A stretch of 62,961 bases of DNA, counting the filler, from Octopus bimaculoides (Eukaryota): the NCBI RefSeq assembly GCF_001194135.2. It is 6 parts of 4 records of this genome, joined end to end, with 100 filler letters (N's around TTAATTAATTAA, not from the genome) between each part and the next. Parts side by side here need not be neighbours in the genome. Positions count along the whole stretch, not along the records: positions 9,757 to 24,220 come from NC_068982.1; 5 more parts are not named here. One strand, given 5' to 3'. Numbering within the stretch: position 1 is the first letter of the stretch; each line of letters opens with the position of its first letter. Below the pieces are notes generated by a model, which searched no databases, was not told the origin of the DNA, and was given only the letters and a program-made list of their open reading frames with translations. The translations under genes and the position numbers were made by a program. Shown in pieces: positions 12,060-24,320 of the stretch.

Positions 12060-12064
<5 letters not shown>
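11661..12064. mobile_element. About 400-bp fold-back (MITE-like) palindrome
   Basis: Arms of about 185 bp (GATGTACACACATGG...TCGCTGAGAG / CTCTCAGCGA...CCATGTGTGTACATC), spacer of about 34 nt, ends fading into GACA/GATA repeats. Confidence 0.8.
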
Positions 12065-12118
<54 letters not shown>

Positions 12119-12193
12119 GTCTATCATATGTGTGTGTGTGTGTGTGTATACACACATATATATGTACATAAATATATGTACATGTATGCAGAT

Positions 12194-12236
<43 letters not shown>

Positions 12237-12319
12237 AACTTATTTGAAAATAGATGCGTGGCGTTGAATTAGATAACAATATTAATATATATATATATAT
12301 GTATATATATTTATATATA

Positions 12320-12428
<109 letters not shown>

Positions 12429-12469
12429 TTGTGTGTTTGTGTGTGTGTATGTGTGCGCGCATATATGGG

Positions 12470-12610
12470 TACAGGACGTCACTAACTGTGCGAACAACAT
12501 GAAATACGTGAACAAGCGAGTTTAATACGCTAACAACGAGAGAAAAATGGAAAACAGGACAAGTAAACACAGAGAAACGACCCTTCATCAGTTGTCGGCT
12601 ATCAACTTCT
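12470..12610 (-). repeat. Fragment of interspersed family E (Penelope-terminus-like)
   Basis: Reverse complement of 35950-36055 (...CTGATGAAGGG...GTTTACGTATTTCATG...GACGTCCTGTAC). Confidence 0.7.
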
Positions 12611-12637
12611 CAGTTTATATGTATATGTATATGTACA

Positions 12638-12685
<48 letters not shown>

Positions 12686-13749
12686 CATATATATNNNNNN
12701 NNNNNNNNNNNNNNNNNNNNNNNNNNNNNNNNNNNNNNNNNNNNNNNNNNNNNNNNNNNNNNNNNNNNNNNNNNNNNNNNNNNNNNNNNNNNNNNNNNNN
12801 NNNNNNNNNNNNNNNNNNNNNNNNNNNNNNNNNNNNNNNNNNNNNNNNNNNNNNNNNNNNNNNNNNNNNNNNNNNNNNNNNNNNNNNNNNNNNNNNNNNN
12901 NNNNNNNNNNNNNNNNNNNNNNNNNNNNNNNNNNNNNNNNNNNNNNNNNNNNNNNNNNNNNNNNNNNNNNNNNNNNNNNNNNNNNNNNNNNNNNNNNNNN
13001 NNNNNNNNNNNNNNNNNNNNNNNNNNNNNNNNNNNNNNNNNNNNNNNNNNNNNNNNNNNNNNNNNNNNNNNNNNNNNNNNNNNNNNNNNNNNNNNNNNNN
13101 NNNNNNNNNNNNNNNNNNNNNNNNNNNNNNNNNNNNNNNNNNNNNNNNNNNNNNNNNNNNNNNNNNNNNNNNNNNNNNNNNNNNNNNNNNNNNNNNNNNN
13201 NNNNNNNNNNNNNNNNNNNNNNNNNNNNNNNNNNNATATATATATATATATATATATATAATGAAGACAGAACCGGTTAAATTTGAAATGGCAAAAGGAA
13301 AAATGTTAAGAGAAATCTGAAAAATCAAGTGTCGCTAAAAACTAAAACGAGAGAGGATATTCCCTTCCACCCTGTGGCTTAATAGAAACGCCTGCTTCAG
13401 ATAGTATCCTTATAACAATAGTGTGTATGCAAATAGCAATTTGATTTCACACTTACCCTGGCCGCTGTTGCTACTACTGTTGCTACTGTTGTTGCTGTTG
13501 CTGCTGCTGCTGTTGGTCTATTGTGTTACTACAGCTCTTTATTTTCACTTTGCAGTTTGTGTTGTTGCTGTACTGGTTTGTATGCCAGTTGTTGATTTAG
13601 ATTTTGTGCTCTCTGGGCACTACAAATGATATTATTGTCTCAATATTCATTCCCGTTGTTATTAAGAAAGTATTATTTTTTGTATGTATTACTATTATTA
13701 CGGCAATTATAATTATAATAATGATAATAATTCATATTACAATAATTAA

Positions 13750-14577
13750 AACGTGGTGAGATGGCAGAATCGTTAGCACGCTGGACGAAATCCTTTTCCG
13801 TATTTAGCCCGTCGCTACGTTCTGATTTCAAATCCGGTCGATTTTGTCTTTCATTCTTTTGGGGGTCGATTAAATAAGTAACAGTTATTTACTGCGGTCG
13901 ATGTAATCGACTTAATCCCTTCTCCCAAATTTGAGGCTTTGTGCCTCCAGTAGAAAGAATTATTATAGTAGTAGTAGTTGTTGGAATATTTGACAAAACT
14001 TGACGTAATACTTTTGCACACTCGGCAGTTTCCCAGGGGCCACACAGTTAAAGTGGTCCAATTCTGGTCTATATATATTGTAGCTTGCTGTTAAGAAATA
14101 CCAAAAAAATACTATAGGGCCCAGTGCAACGATTTGCCCACGGGCCTGTAAAGCTGCCAGGACAGCTGTGTGGAGTCGCAGAATTGTTAGAGCGTCGAAT
14201 AAAATGCTTTGCGCTATTTGTACCGGTGTTCTTTAATTTCCGTTTTCAAGTCCCATTGAGATCAATTTTGACTTTTATCTACTTTTCCAGAGTTGCTATA
14301 ATAAAGTGCCGATCAAATACCCCTAGCCATCAAATATTTCTGGACCATGTACCTATGTCAGAAACAATTTTTTAAAGTTAGTAGATATAAAGAATTGTTA
14401 GAACTCGTAAAAATTACCGTGCCATATTCGTTACGGCTTTTAAACTCTTGAGTTCATACCAAGCTGAGGTAATCTTCGCCTTTCATCCCTTCGGAGTTCA
14501 CAAAATAAGGTACCAGTGAAATACGGTGGTAGATTTAATATTTCTCCCGCTCTTTTTAAGTTTCAGGCCTTGTGTCT

Positions 14578-14635
<58 letters not shown>

Positions 14636-16215
14636 TATTCAAGCGACGAACTGGCAGAATCCGGGCGTTAATGCTTAGCGGTATTTCGTCTGCCGCTACG
14701 TTCTGAGTTCAAATTCCGCCGAGGTCGACTTTGCCTGTCATCCTTTCGGGGTCGATTAAATAAGTACCAGTTACGCACTGGAGGGTTGATATAATCGACT
14801 TAATCCATTTGTCTGTCCTTGTTTGTCCCCTCTGTGTTTATCCCCTTGTAGGCAATAAAGAAATAAGAATCGTTAGCGACATTTCGTCTGTCCTTACGTT
14901 CTGAGTTCAAATTCCGCCGAGGTCGACTTTGCATTTCATCCTTTCGAGGTTGATAAATTAAGTACCAGTGAAATGCTGGGTACTTATTATTAATATTATA
15001 CCGTTGGGGTCAACCTTACCTCTCATCTTTTTGAGGTCGAGAAAATAAGTACCAGTCCAGCACTGGGAACTATGTAATTGATTATACCCAACGCCTAAAA
15101 TGTTAGGCCTTGCAATTATGGCAGAAAGGATCCACCCAGTTTGACTTTGCCTTTCGTACTTTGGGGTTGATAAATTGAATACCAGTTGATCACCAGCGTC
15201 GATGTAATTGTCTTACTCCTGGGGTATTGCATGTGCAACGGGCTTGCTATATGCAGCCTACAATATCATGCTATCTGTTCTTTTCAACTATCTACTACTT
15301 TCCTGATGATTCTGACCGTGCCGAGGAGACAGACCATCGTAACAGTTCTACTGGTCACTCAATTCCCATTTCTTTATATTCTTCTTGATGCCTTCTGTTA
15401 CTATCCCTAAAGAACCAACAATATTTGGCTCTATTTTCACATTCTTCATGTTCCACAGTCGAGCTATCTCGTATTTAAGGGGGTCGTGTACGTCTAACTT
15501 TCGTCTTCCTTCTTGACCATTCGTGTGTCAAATGAGTACGCAACAGCTATATAAGACAAGTGGTTCACTTAGGTTTAGCTTGTGCTAAAGAAACTGGTTT
15601 GTTTGGATTGGAAAATCCCGCAACATTTTACAGATCTTCGTTTCCGTCCACCTCTATGGTTTGTGCTCATACCACGTCTTGCCTCTTTCTAGCCGCCACT
15701 TTACACAAAATTTACTTTGTAGCATTTCCGCTACTTAATCGCGTCGCCACAACTTATATTGTTTTGGGGCAAATCAAGGGCATTCGTTCACGATATGGGC
15801 AATAGTTTGAAATAAGAAACTTTAGCACGCAGAGCGAAATGCTTAGCGGTATTTCATCTGTTTTTACGTTCTGAGTTCAAATCCCGCTGAGGTCGACTTT
15901 GCCTTTCATTCTTTCGGGGTCAGTAAATTAAGTACCAGTTACGCACTGGGGTCGATATAATCGACTTAATCCGTTTGTCTGTCCTTGTTTGTCCCCTCTG
16001 TGTGTAGCCCCTTGTGGGCAGAAAAGAAATGGGTATTTNNNNNNNNNNNNNNNNNTTTTACGTTCTGAGTTCAAATCCCGCTGAGGTCGACTTTGCCTTT
16101 CATTCTTTCGGGGTCAGTAAATTAAGTACCAGTTGCATACTGAGGTCGATCTAATCGACTGGCCCCCTCCCCGCCCCCCAAAATTTCGGGCCTTGTGCCT
16201 CGAGTAGAAAAGAAT
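13750..16215 (+). mobile_element. Cluster of co-oriented SINE family B copies, including head-to-tail dimers
   Basis: Copies at about 13750, 14170, 14400, 14643, 14865, 15010, 15820 and 16056, all on the plus strand. Confidence 0.8.
15225..15803 (-). pseudogene. 3' end of an RLE-type non-LTR retrotransposon (R4/Dong-like), degraded
   Basis: Minus-strand translation with stops: AHIVNECP*FAPKQYKLWRRD*VAEMLQ...KTWYEHKP...KMLRDFPIQT...PLKYEIARLWNMKNVKIEPNIVGSLG...LGTVRIIRKVVDS (CCHC knuckle plus RLE region). Confidence 0.85.
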
Positions 16216-16239
16216 ATTTTGCTGAGTGTGTATGATCGA

Positions 16240-16656
16240 AACGTTTATTAATAATATTATCAGCTGTAGCAATGGTATTAGTAGTACTAATAGTAGTTCC
16301 GTTATCGTAGTCATAGTGGTCGTGGTGTTAGCTGTGAGATTAATAGTAGTAACTGTGATACTTATTGCTTTAGTAGTCGTTGTCGGCGTTCGTGTCATTG
16401 GTCTTGTAGCTATAGTTACTGTTGCTGTTATTGTTATGTTATTTTACCGACATTGTTGATTGTAGCCGTCATTATTCTTGGTTCAACGAAGCTGTTGACA
16501 GTGAGGATGGTACGGGTTGTTGTGCAGTTAGTGATTACTGACGGGATGGTATTTGGGTAAGTGTTTGGCATGGTAGCGTTGGTAACTTAGGACTCATTGT
16601 TGTTATGACGGTGGTGATGGTGATGATGTTGTTGTTGTTGGTGGTGACGTTAGTGG

Positions 16657-16687
<31 letters not shown>

Positions 16688-16868
16688 GGTAGTGGTGGTG
16701 ATGGTGGTGTTAATGGTGGTGGTGCTGTTGGTGATGTTGTTGCTGGTGTTGGTGCTGTTGGTGGTGTTGCTGATGGTGGTGGTGGTGGTGGTGGTGGTGG
16801 TGGTGATAGTAGTGTTGATTTTTGTGGTGTGGGTGGTGATGCTGGTAATAGTGGTAGTGATGGTGTTG

Positions 16869-16900
<32 letters not shown>

Positions 16901-17004
16901 GGTGGTGAGTGCATGTTGTTTCGTTTACGTACTAACAAAATTTCGGATCGGGATATCTCCATTGACCCATTCAAGAATTCCATCGCATGATTTATGTAAT
17001 ATAA

Positions 17005-17068
<64 letters not shown>

Positions 17069-17780
17069 CGACGACGACGACGATGACGACGACGAAGACA
17101 ACGACGTCGATGATGGTGATGATGACGACGATGATGGTGGTAATGATGTCATTTATACTGATATTTTTATACATGTACAAGGACACAATTTGGTTTAAAG
17201 TAAGCGTCAATTGTAGAGTTCGCAGTACTTTAATGGTACTTCATTATACAGGTTTGAAATCTTGGTTTAAGGCCAACAATTTCGGACCCGAAACGATAAA
17301 AGACAAAATTCGACTTCGGCAGAATTTGAGGACATTTTATGATATTGCCTCCGAATGAATGGAAGTCAATGTTGAATTCGGTGAAATTTGAAGTCAGACT
17401 GAAGAGTCGAAACAAATACCTGAATGCATTTTGTACGATGCACTAACGACTCTGTCATTTATTCTCACTCTAGCAAATTCTCTCCTCATCCTTTTCATTG
17501 TTTCATGATCATCACAATCATCATCATCATCATCATCATCATCGTCGTCGTCGTCGTCGTCGTCAGCAGCAGCACTACTATTACCACAAACTGCTGCTAC
17601 TACTGCTACTACTGCTACTACTGCTACTACTGCTACTTTGCTGCTGCTGCTGCTGCTACTACTACTATCACCACAATCATGATAATGATAATGATCGTCA
17701 TCATCATACCACCAGCACCACCACCACAACTACCATCACCACCACAACCAACATCACCACCACCAGCACAATATACACGT
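16240..17780. repeat. Long compound trinucleotide tracts (GTT/GGT/GAT; CAT/CTA/CAC)
   Basis: Direct reading; source of the poly-V, poly-P and poly-D pseudo-ORFs. Confidence 0.95.
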
Positions 17781-17944
17781 TCATTCCGGCCCTCATTATT
17801 CCTCCCCTAAGGTTAATTACACTTATTTCAGTTTTATTTCATTTTGAGGTTCTTTTCTCACCTGTACAAGCACAACATATGCACACATGCACGCGCAAAA
17901 GTAAATCCAACCATTCATCAAGACATCTATCCGTCCCTAGGCAC

Positions 17945-18420
17945 ACACACATACACACACACACACACATACATACATACATACATACATACATAAAAGT
18001 ATGCATGCATACATACATGCATTCATATATATATTGAGGCATACATAGATAGATGCATACATACATACATATATACATGCATGGATGCATACATTGATAC
18101 ATACATACATGCATACATGTATACATACATACATGCATAAATACATACATGCATACATAATGTATACATACATACATACATACATGCATACATAGGTGCA
18201 TACATATATACGTGCATACATAGATACATACATATATACATACATGCATAAACACATGCATACAGACATGCATGAATACATACATACATACATACATACA
18301 TACATACATACATACATACATACAACCATACATACAAGCATACACACACATATACCACATACATACAAAGGCGTATAAAGAGATGGAAACACGTGTCTAT
18401 GAAAGTACTGATACGAAGTC
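17945..18420. repeat. Degenerate (CATA)n tetranucleotide tract
   Basis: Direct reading. Confidence 0.95.
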
Positions 18421-18646
18421 TCGTACACAAATATATACACCCCAGTGCACATACATTCATGCACATTAAGACGCAACCAAGTATACATACAAGATGTTAC
18501 AAAGATGCACATTAAAAATCATGGGCATATGTGCGCACAGGTACAGGCATGAAAGCTGTTGAGATGCATGAATAAATAGACAACTATGCCGACAGGTACA
18601 CATATACACCTACACCCATGTACTCAAATTATAGGATTATAGCTAG

Positions 18647-18686
<40 letters not shown>

Positions 18687-19624
18687 ATATTAGGGACAAA
18701 ATACAAAATTACAGGTAAAAAACTCAATTAAAATCAATTTATAAAAAATTAAAATTAAATTGAGCCTTATAGATATATATTATATTTATTATATTATATT
18801 TATCTTATGATATTTACTTTACTTTATATTATACTCGTTTATTGTGCTTTTAATTATTAATTTTTCTATATGTGATAGTGGAATTTCATCGATGAGTTCT
18901 TGAAAATTGGTTATTTTCCCTAAAACTATATATANNNNNNNNNNNNNNNNNNNNNNNNNNNNNNNNNNNNNNNNNNNNNNNNNNNNNNNNNNNNNNNNNN
19001 NNNNNNNNNNNNNNNNNNNNNNNNNNNNNNNNNNNNNNNNNNNNNNNNNNNNNNNNNNNNNNNNNNNNNNNNNNNNNNNNNNNNNNNNNNNNNNNNNNNN
19101 NNNNNNNNNNNNNNNNNNNNNNNNNNNNNNNNNNNNNNNNNNNNNNNNNNNNNNNNNNNNNNNNNNNNNNNNNNNNNNNNNNNNNNNNNNNNNNNNNNNN
19201 NNNNNNNNNNNNNNNNNNNNNNNNNNNNNNNNNNNNNNNNNNNNNNNNNNNNNNNNNNNNNNNNNNNNNNNNNNNNNNNNNNNNNNNNNNNNNNNNNNNN
19301 NNNNNNNNNNNNNNNNNNNNNNNNNNNNNNNNNNNNNNNNNNNNNNNNNNNNNNNNNNNNNNNNNNNNNNNNNNNNNNNNNNNNNNNNNNNNNNNNNNNN
19401 NNNNNNNNNNNNNNNNNNNNNNNNNNNNNNNNNNNNNNNNNNNNNNNNNNNNNNNNNNNNNNNNNNNNNNNNNNNNNNNNNNNNNNNNNNNNNNNNNNNN
19501 NNNNNNNNNNNNNNNNNNNNNNNNNNNTATATATGGGAGAATATACAAATAATAACAACAGACGAGGACAGGTGGTGTAAATAACAAAAGTATATATTAG
19601 TATGACGCTCGGGAATACGGAAAG

Positions 19625-19661
19625 TCTTTGACGTTTCGAGCTACGCTCTTCAACAGAAAGA
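19625..19661 (-). ncRNA. 37-nt hammerhead-like fold (CUGUUGA variant) in a Penelope-like terminal fragment next to a TA-flanked gap
   Basis: Minus strand: TCTTT-CTGTTGA-A-GAG-cgtag-CTC-GAAA-CG-TC-AAAGA; 5-bp stem I, GUC site. Confidence 0.5.
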
Positions 19662-19749
19662 ATACGGAGACAAGGAGAAAAACACGGAGAAAAAAAATTG
19701 AATAGTGTTCAGTCAACGGTCAATCATAATAACGGTCAATCATAATAAT

Positions 19750-20130
19750 ATGTATGCTCACACATACGCATTTACATACACGCATGTGCATATATATATA
19801 TATGTGTGTGTATGAGTATATATTCACCTACACATTTATATCTTTGTATATAAATGTATATGCAAATGTGTGTGCGAATAAATATGTATAAATACATAAC
19901 ATACATACACACACATACACACATACACATTTTATGTATGCATAAATATATATATACTCACATACGCATTCACATACACGTATGTGCATATATATATATA
20001 TATATATGTGTATGAGTATATATATTCATCTGCACAATTATTTCTTTATTTATAAGCTTATACGCAAATGTGTGTGCGAATATATGTGTGTGTAAAAATA
20101 CACACACACACACACGCACATACACCTTAT
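19750..20130 (+). repeat. Diverged tandem duplication, unit about 200 bp
   Basis: CTCACA(CA)TACGCATT...TATGAGTATATATTCA...GCAAATGTGTGTGCGAAT occurs twice in tandem. Confidence 0.75.
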
Positions 20131-21326
20131 AGGCACATACACAATACAAGCTTATAATTTCTTACCCATGATCATTCTCACATTTACACACACACTCGCA
20201 CAGATACATACACCGCACGAATCACACACACACATAACACACAGACACACAGACACACATACGCATACACACAGACACACACATTTGCACATTCAGACAC
20301 CCCCCGATTAACAGGTACATTATCGAGTTTAACCTGAACTTCACACCACTCCTCCTCTCGATCTTATCTCTACTTTTGCCTCCGCCCTCTTTTCACGGTA
20401 GCTTTTCTTTAGAACCACATCCCACTTTTATCTCCACCACCCTCTTGACACAAGAACCACCCCGCCTCCACACCACCACCATGAACAAGAACAAAACCAC
20501 AACAACATCGATTCCACCACAGCCACCATTACAATTGAGAAACCCACCACCACCTTCCTCCTTTTTCATATACCCTCGCTACCAATCTCGTACCACAAGA
20601 AGCACCAGCACCGCCGTATCAACATACCACAATTCTAAATGTCCCACCATATCTAACAACAACAGCAACAACAACAACAACAAAAGCAACAGCAAAAACA
20701 ACTACAACTGTCAGCCTTGTAACTCCGTCTATCCTGTAACTCTTATGATTTCGGTCTTCTAATCCACGTATCCCCTCGCTTGCTCCATCGTTTGTCCAGC
20801 CCCCATTTCTCTCTCTCTCTCTACCTTTTCTTTTCTNNNNNNNNNNNNNNNNNNNNNNNNNNNNNNNNNNNNNNNNNNNNNNNNNNNNNNNNNNNNNNNN
20901 NNNNNNNNNNNNNNNNNNNNNNNNNNNNNNNNNNNNNNNNNNNNNNNNNNNNNNNNNNNNNNNNNNNNNNNNNNNNNNNNNNNNNNNNNNNNNNNNNNNN
21001 NNNNNNNNNNNNNNNNNNNNNNNNNNNNNNNNNNNNNNNNNNNNNNNNNNNNNNNNNNNNNNNNNNNNNNNNNNNNNNNNNNNNNNNNNNNNNNNNNNNN
21101 NNNNNNNNNNNNNNNNNNNNNNNNNNNNNNNNNNNNNNNNNNNNNNNNNNNNNNNNNNNNNNNNNNNNNNNNNNNNNNNNNNNNNNNNNNNNNNNNNNNN
21201 NNNNNNNNNNNNNNNNNNNNNNNNNNNNNNNNNNNNNNNNNNNNNNNNNNNNNNNNNNNNNNNNNNNNNNNNNNNNNNNNNNNNNNNNNNNNNNNNNNNN
21301 NNNNNNNNNNNNNNNNNNNNNNNNNN

Positions 21327-21373
<47 letters not shown>

Positions 21374-21404
21374 ATGTATGTATGTATATATATACACATA
21401 CATA

Positions 21405-21615
21405 TATGTTATGGTTATGTGTTACGTATGGATGAGGACAGCTGTGTGAGGAAGTGCCACTCTTTAACTGTGGAAGGAAACTGTGGAAGAGGTAGAACCA
21501 GAAAGACATAGGATGAGGAGACATTGGATCTCACAGAGGCAATGACAGGAGAGCGAGACCTTTGGAGATATGCTGTAATAGAGAAGACCCGGCAACTAAA
21601 GTGAGATCACAGCCA
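21405..21615 (+). pseudogene. RTE-clade LINE 3' coding end
   Basis: YGYVLRMDEDSCVRKCHSLTVEGNCGRGRTRKT*DE...LTEAMTGERDLWRYAVIEKTRQ matches the RTE C-terminal pattern WYGHV.RM...GRGRPRKTW. Confidence 0.8.
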
Positions 21616-21712
21616 TACATGTCAGGCCCAGTTAAGAGTACTCCTGATGCTGTCGGGCGATATGTGCTTAAGAAGACCTGTTGAGTCAAGTAAAAACAAT
21701 ATCGTAGCTGTG

Positions 21713-21985
21713 GCCAGTGCCCCCTGACTGGATCCCGTGCCAGTGGCAAGTAAAAAGCACCATCCGGACATGGTTGATGCCAGCTCCGCCTGGCTGGCTC
21801 CCGTGCCGGTAGCACGAAAATAGCACCATCCGAACGTGGCTGATGCCAGTACCCCTTAACTGGCTCCCGTGCGCCATTCGAACGTGGCCGATGCCAGTAC
21901 CCTCTCTCTGGCCCCCGTGCCGGTGGCACATAAAAAGCACTATCCGAACGTGATCGATGCCAGGCCAGCCTGACTGGCTCCTGTG
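21713..21985 (+). repeat. GC-rich tandem repeat, about 66-bp unit, about 4.5 copies
   Basis: Unit GCCAGT..CC..ACTGGCTCCCGTGCCGGTGGCAC.TAAAAAGCACCATCCGAACGTGG..GAT; one copy has an internal deletion. Confidence 0.85.
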
Positions 21986-22162
21986 TTTTTTGTCGTTTGT
22001 TTTTTGTTCAGTTTAACCACATACATACATACATACATACATACATACATACATACATGCATACATACATACATGCATACATACATACATACATACATAC
22101 ATACATGCATATATACATACATGCATGCATACATACATACATACATACATACATACATACAT

Positions 22163-22380
22163 GAGTAAATGTAAGGATAAGCAAGTTAGGTAAGTCGTAG
22201 GCAAGTCGATATGCAAAAAATATTAAATGCATTTGATACAAAAAATGTACATATGTTTACAAATAAGAATGTCCGACTTACACAGAAGAGAAACGACATC
22301 AGGAAATAAAGGGTTTGGATAAGAGTTATACGAGCTCACCAGCTGTTTCTTGAGCCCTACGAAGTGTATTCGATACTGAG
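22163..22380 (-). repeat. Fragment of interspersed family F (Penelope-terminus-like)
   Basis: Homologous to 62590-62770 (GAGTAAATGTAAGGATAA...GTCCGACT.ACACAGAA...CAGCTGTTTC). Confidence 0.65.
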
Positions 22381-22386
22381 AATCTT

Positions 22387-22417
<31 letters not shown>

Positions 22418-22458
22418 CATACATACAAGCATACATACATACATACATTCATACATAC

Positions 22459-22513
<55 letters not shown>

Positions 22514-23222
22514 NNNNNNNNNNNNNNNNNNNNNNNNNNNNNNNNNNNNNNNNNNNNNNNNNNNNNNNNNNNNNNNNNNNNNNNNNNNNNNNNNNNNNNN
22601 NNNNNNNNNNNNNNNNNNNNNNNNNNNNNNNNNNNNNNNNNNNNNNNNNNNNNNNNNNNNNNNNNNNNNNNNNNNNNNNNNNNNNNNNNNNNNNNNNNNN
22701 NNNNNNNNNNNNNNNNNNNNNNNNNNNNNNNNNNNNNNNNNNNNNNNNNNNNNNNNNNNNNNNNNNNNNNNNNNNNNNNNNNNNNNNNNNNNNNNNNNNN
22801 NNNNNNNNNNNNNNNNNNATATATATATAATGCTCGTATGAGTATAACCATATATTTATAGAAATGTATTCGTGCCAAAGTTTCTGCACAGGTGGAAACG
22901 TGTTTGCTTGTTTGAAGAAAGAGAAACTTAACCCCAATTCTCTTTTGTGTGGTGCAGTGCTGCTACGGGTACTTCAACCTTTTATAGATATGATATTTGA
23001 CACAATTCACTGTATTTGTTTATATAAATGTGTACATTCGCTTTTGTATGAGTATATATGACTGTATATGTTACGTTTAAGCATTTGTATTTTTGTGCCT
23101 GTGTGTGTGTATGTTCTTAAAACTATTTTTAAGTGTGAATGTATACACATGTATTTCACATAACTTTATGTAAGTACACCGTATAACAAAAATCTACGCC
23201 TTTGCATGTATATGTAGACGTT

Positions 23223-23264
<42 letters not shown>

Positions 23265-23529
23265 ATGTGTCGTGTGTGTGATGTGTCATGTATAAAGATA
23301 CGTACACACACGTGAATATATATATACAAATACTTCCACACATATAAATGCGTAGTATATATATATACATATGTGTGTGTGTGTGTGTGCGTGTGTATGT
23401 GTGTGCGTGTGTGTACGTGTGTGTGTGTGTGTGTGATGTGTCGTGTGTGTGTCTGAAGTTACTATGTAGGCTTCATAGCGACAATGGAAACAAGCTAGTT
23501 TTTCTCCTTCCCCATCTCTCATTGCAGAA

Positions 23530-23590
<61 letters not shown>

Positions 23591-23669
23591 CTCTCTCTCT
23601 CTCTCNNNNNNNNNNTATATATATATATATATATATGTATGTATATATATGAAAGAAATAGAAAAACAC

Positions 23670-23760
23670 TGTATACCAGATTAAGTGCCATGAAGGGACT
23701 TGCGAGAATATCCCAGTCATATATTGGTGAGAATTCTAAGGGCATCAAAGAACACCTGGA
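23670..23760 (+). pseudogene. Short GIY-YIG endonuclease remnant
   Basis: VYQIKCHEGTCENIP, frameshift, QSYIGENSKGIKEH. Confidence 0.45.
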
Positions 23761-24220
23761 TAACTACATTGAAAAAAAAACACAAACTCCATCTTCTATC
23801 AGCGTGCGTGTATATGTGTGTGCGTACGTGTGTGTATGTGTTGTGTGAGTATATAAGTGTGTATGAGTATGTACATGCATGCACGTATTAGATATATGTC
23901 AGCATATATATGTATGTGTGTGTGTGTGTATGCACATATATATGTATATGTCTATGTAAATAAAATTTTTAAGTTTTTGAATTTTAACCATTGACTGGGG
24001 AAATAGTAACATAATTATGTAGATGGATAAGCGTATATATGTGTATACTTTAAGACTATACGTATATATATGTGTATATATACGTGTTTATATGATTGTG
24101 TGTGTGCTTGTACATATGTACAGGTAGGCTTATATTTGCATGTATGTATCTATGACATTGTATCTATTCACCGCTAGACGGTGGTGAGAAGCATGCGTGT
24201 GTATATATATATATATATAT

Positions 24221-24320
24221 NNNNNNNNNNNNNNNNNNNNNNNNNNNNNNNNNNNNNNNNNNNNTTAATTAATTAANNNNNNNNNNNNNNNNNNNNNNNN
24301 NNNNNNNNNNNNNNNNNNNN
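24221..24320. other. Artificial scaffold join N44-TTAATTAATTAA-N44
   Basis: Same 100-nt block as at 9657. Confidence 0.95.

Noticed and set aside
16603-17810. Proline/threonine-rich, mucin- or extensin-like ORFs
   Set aside because: They arise from GGT/GTT/GAT trinucleotide tracts and are open on both strands and in several frames
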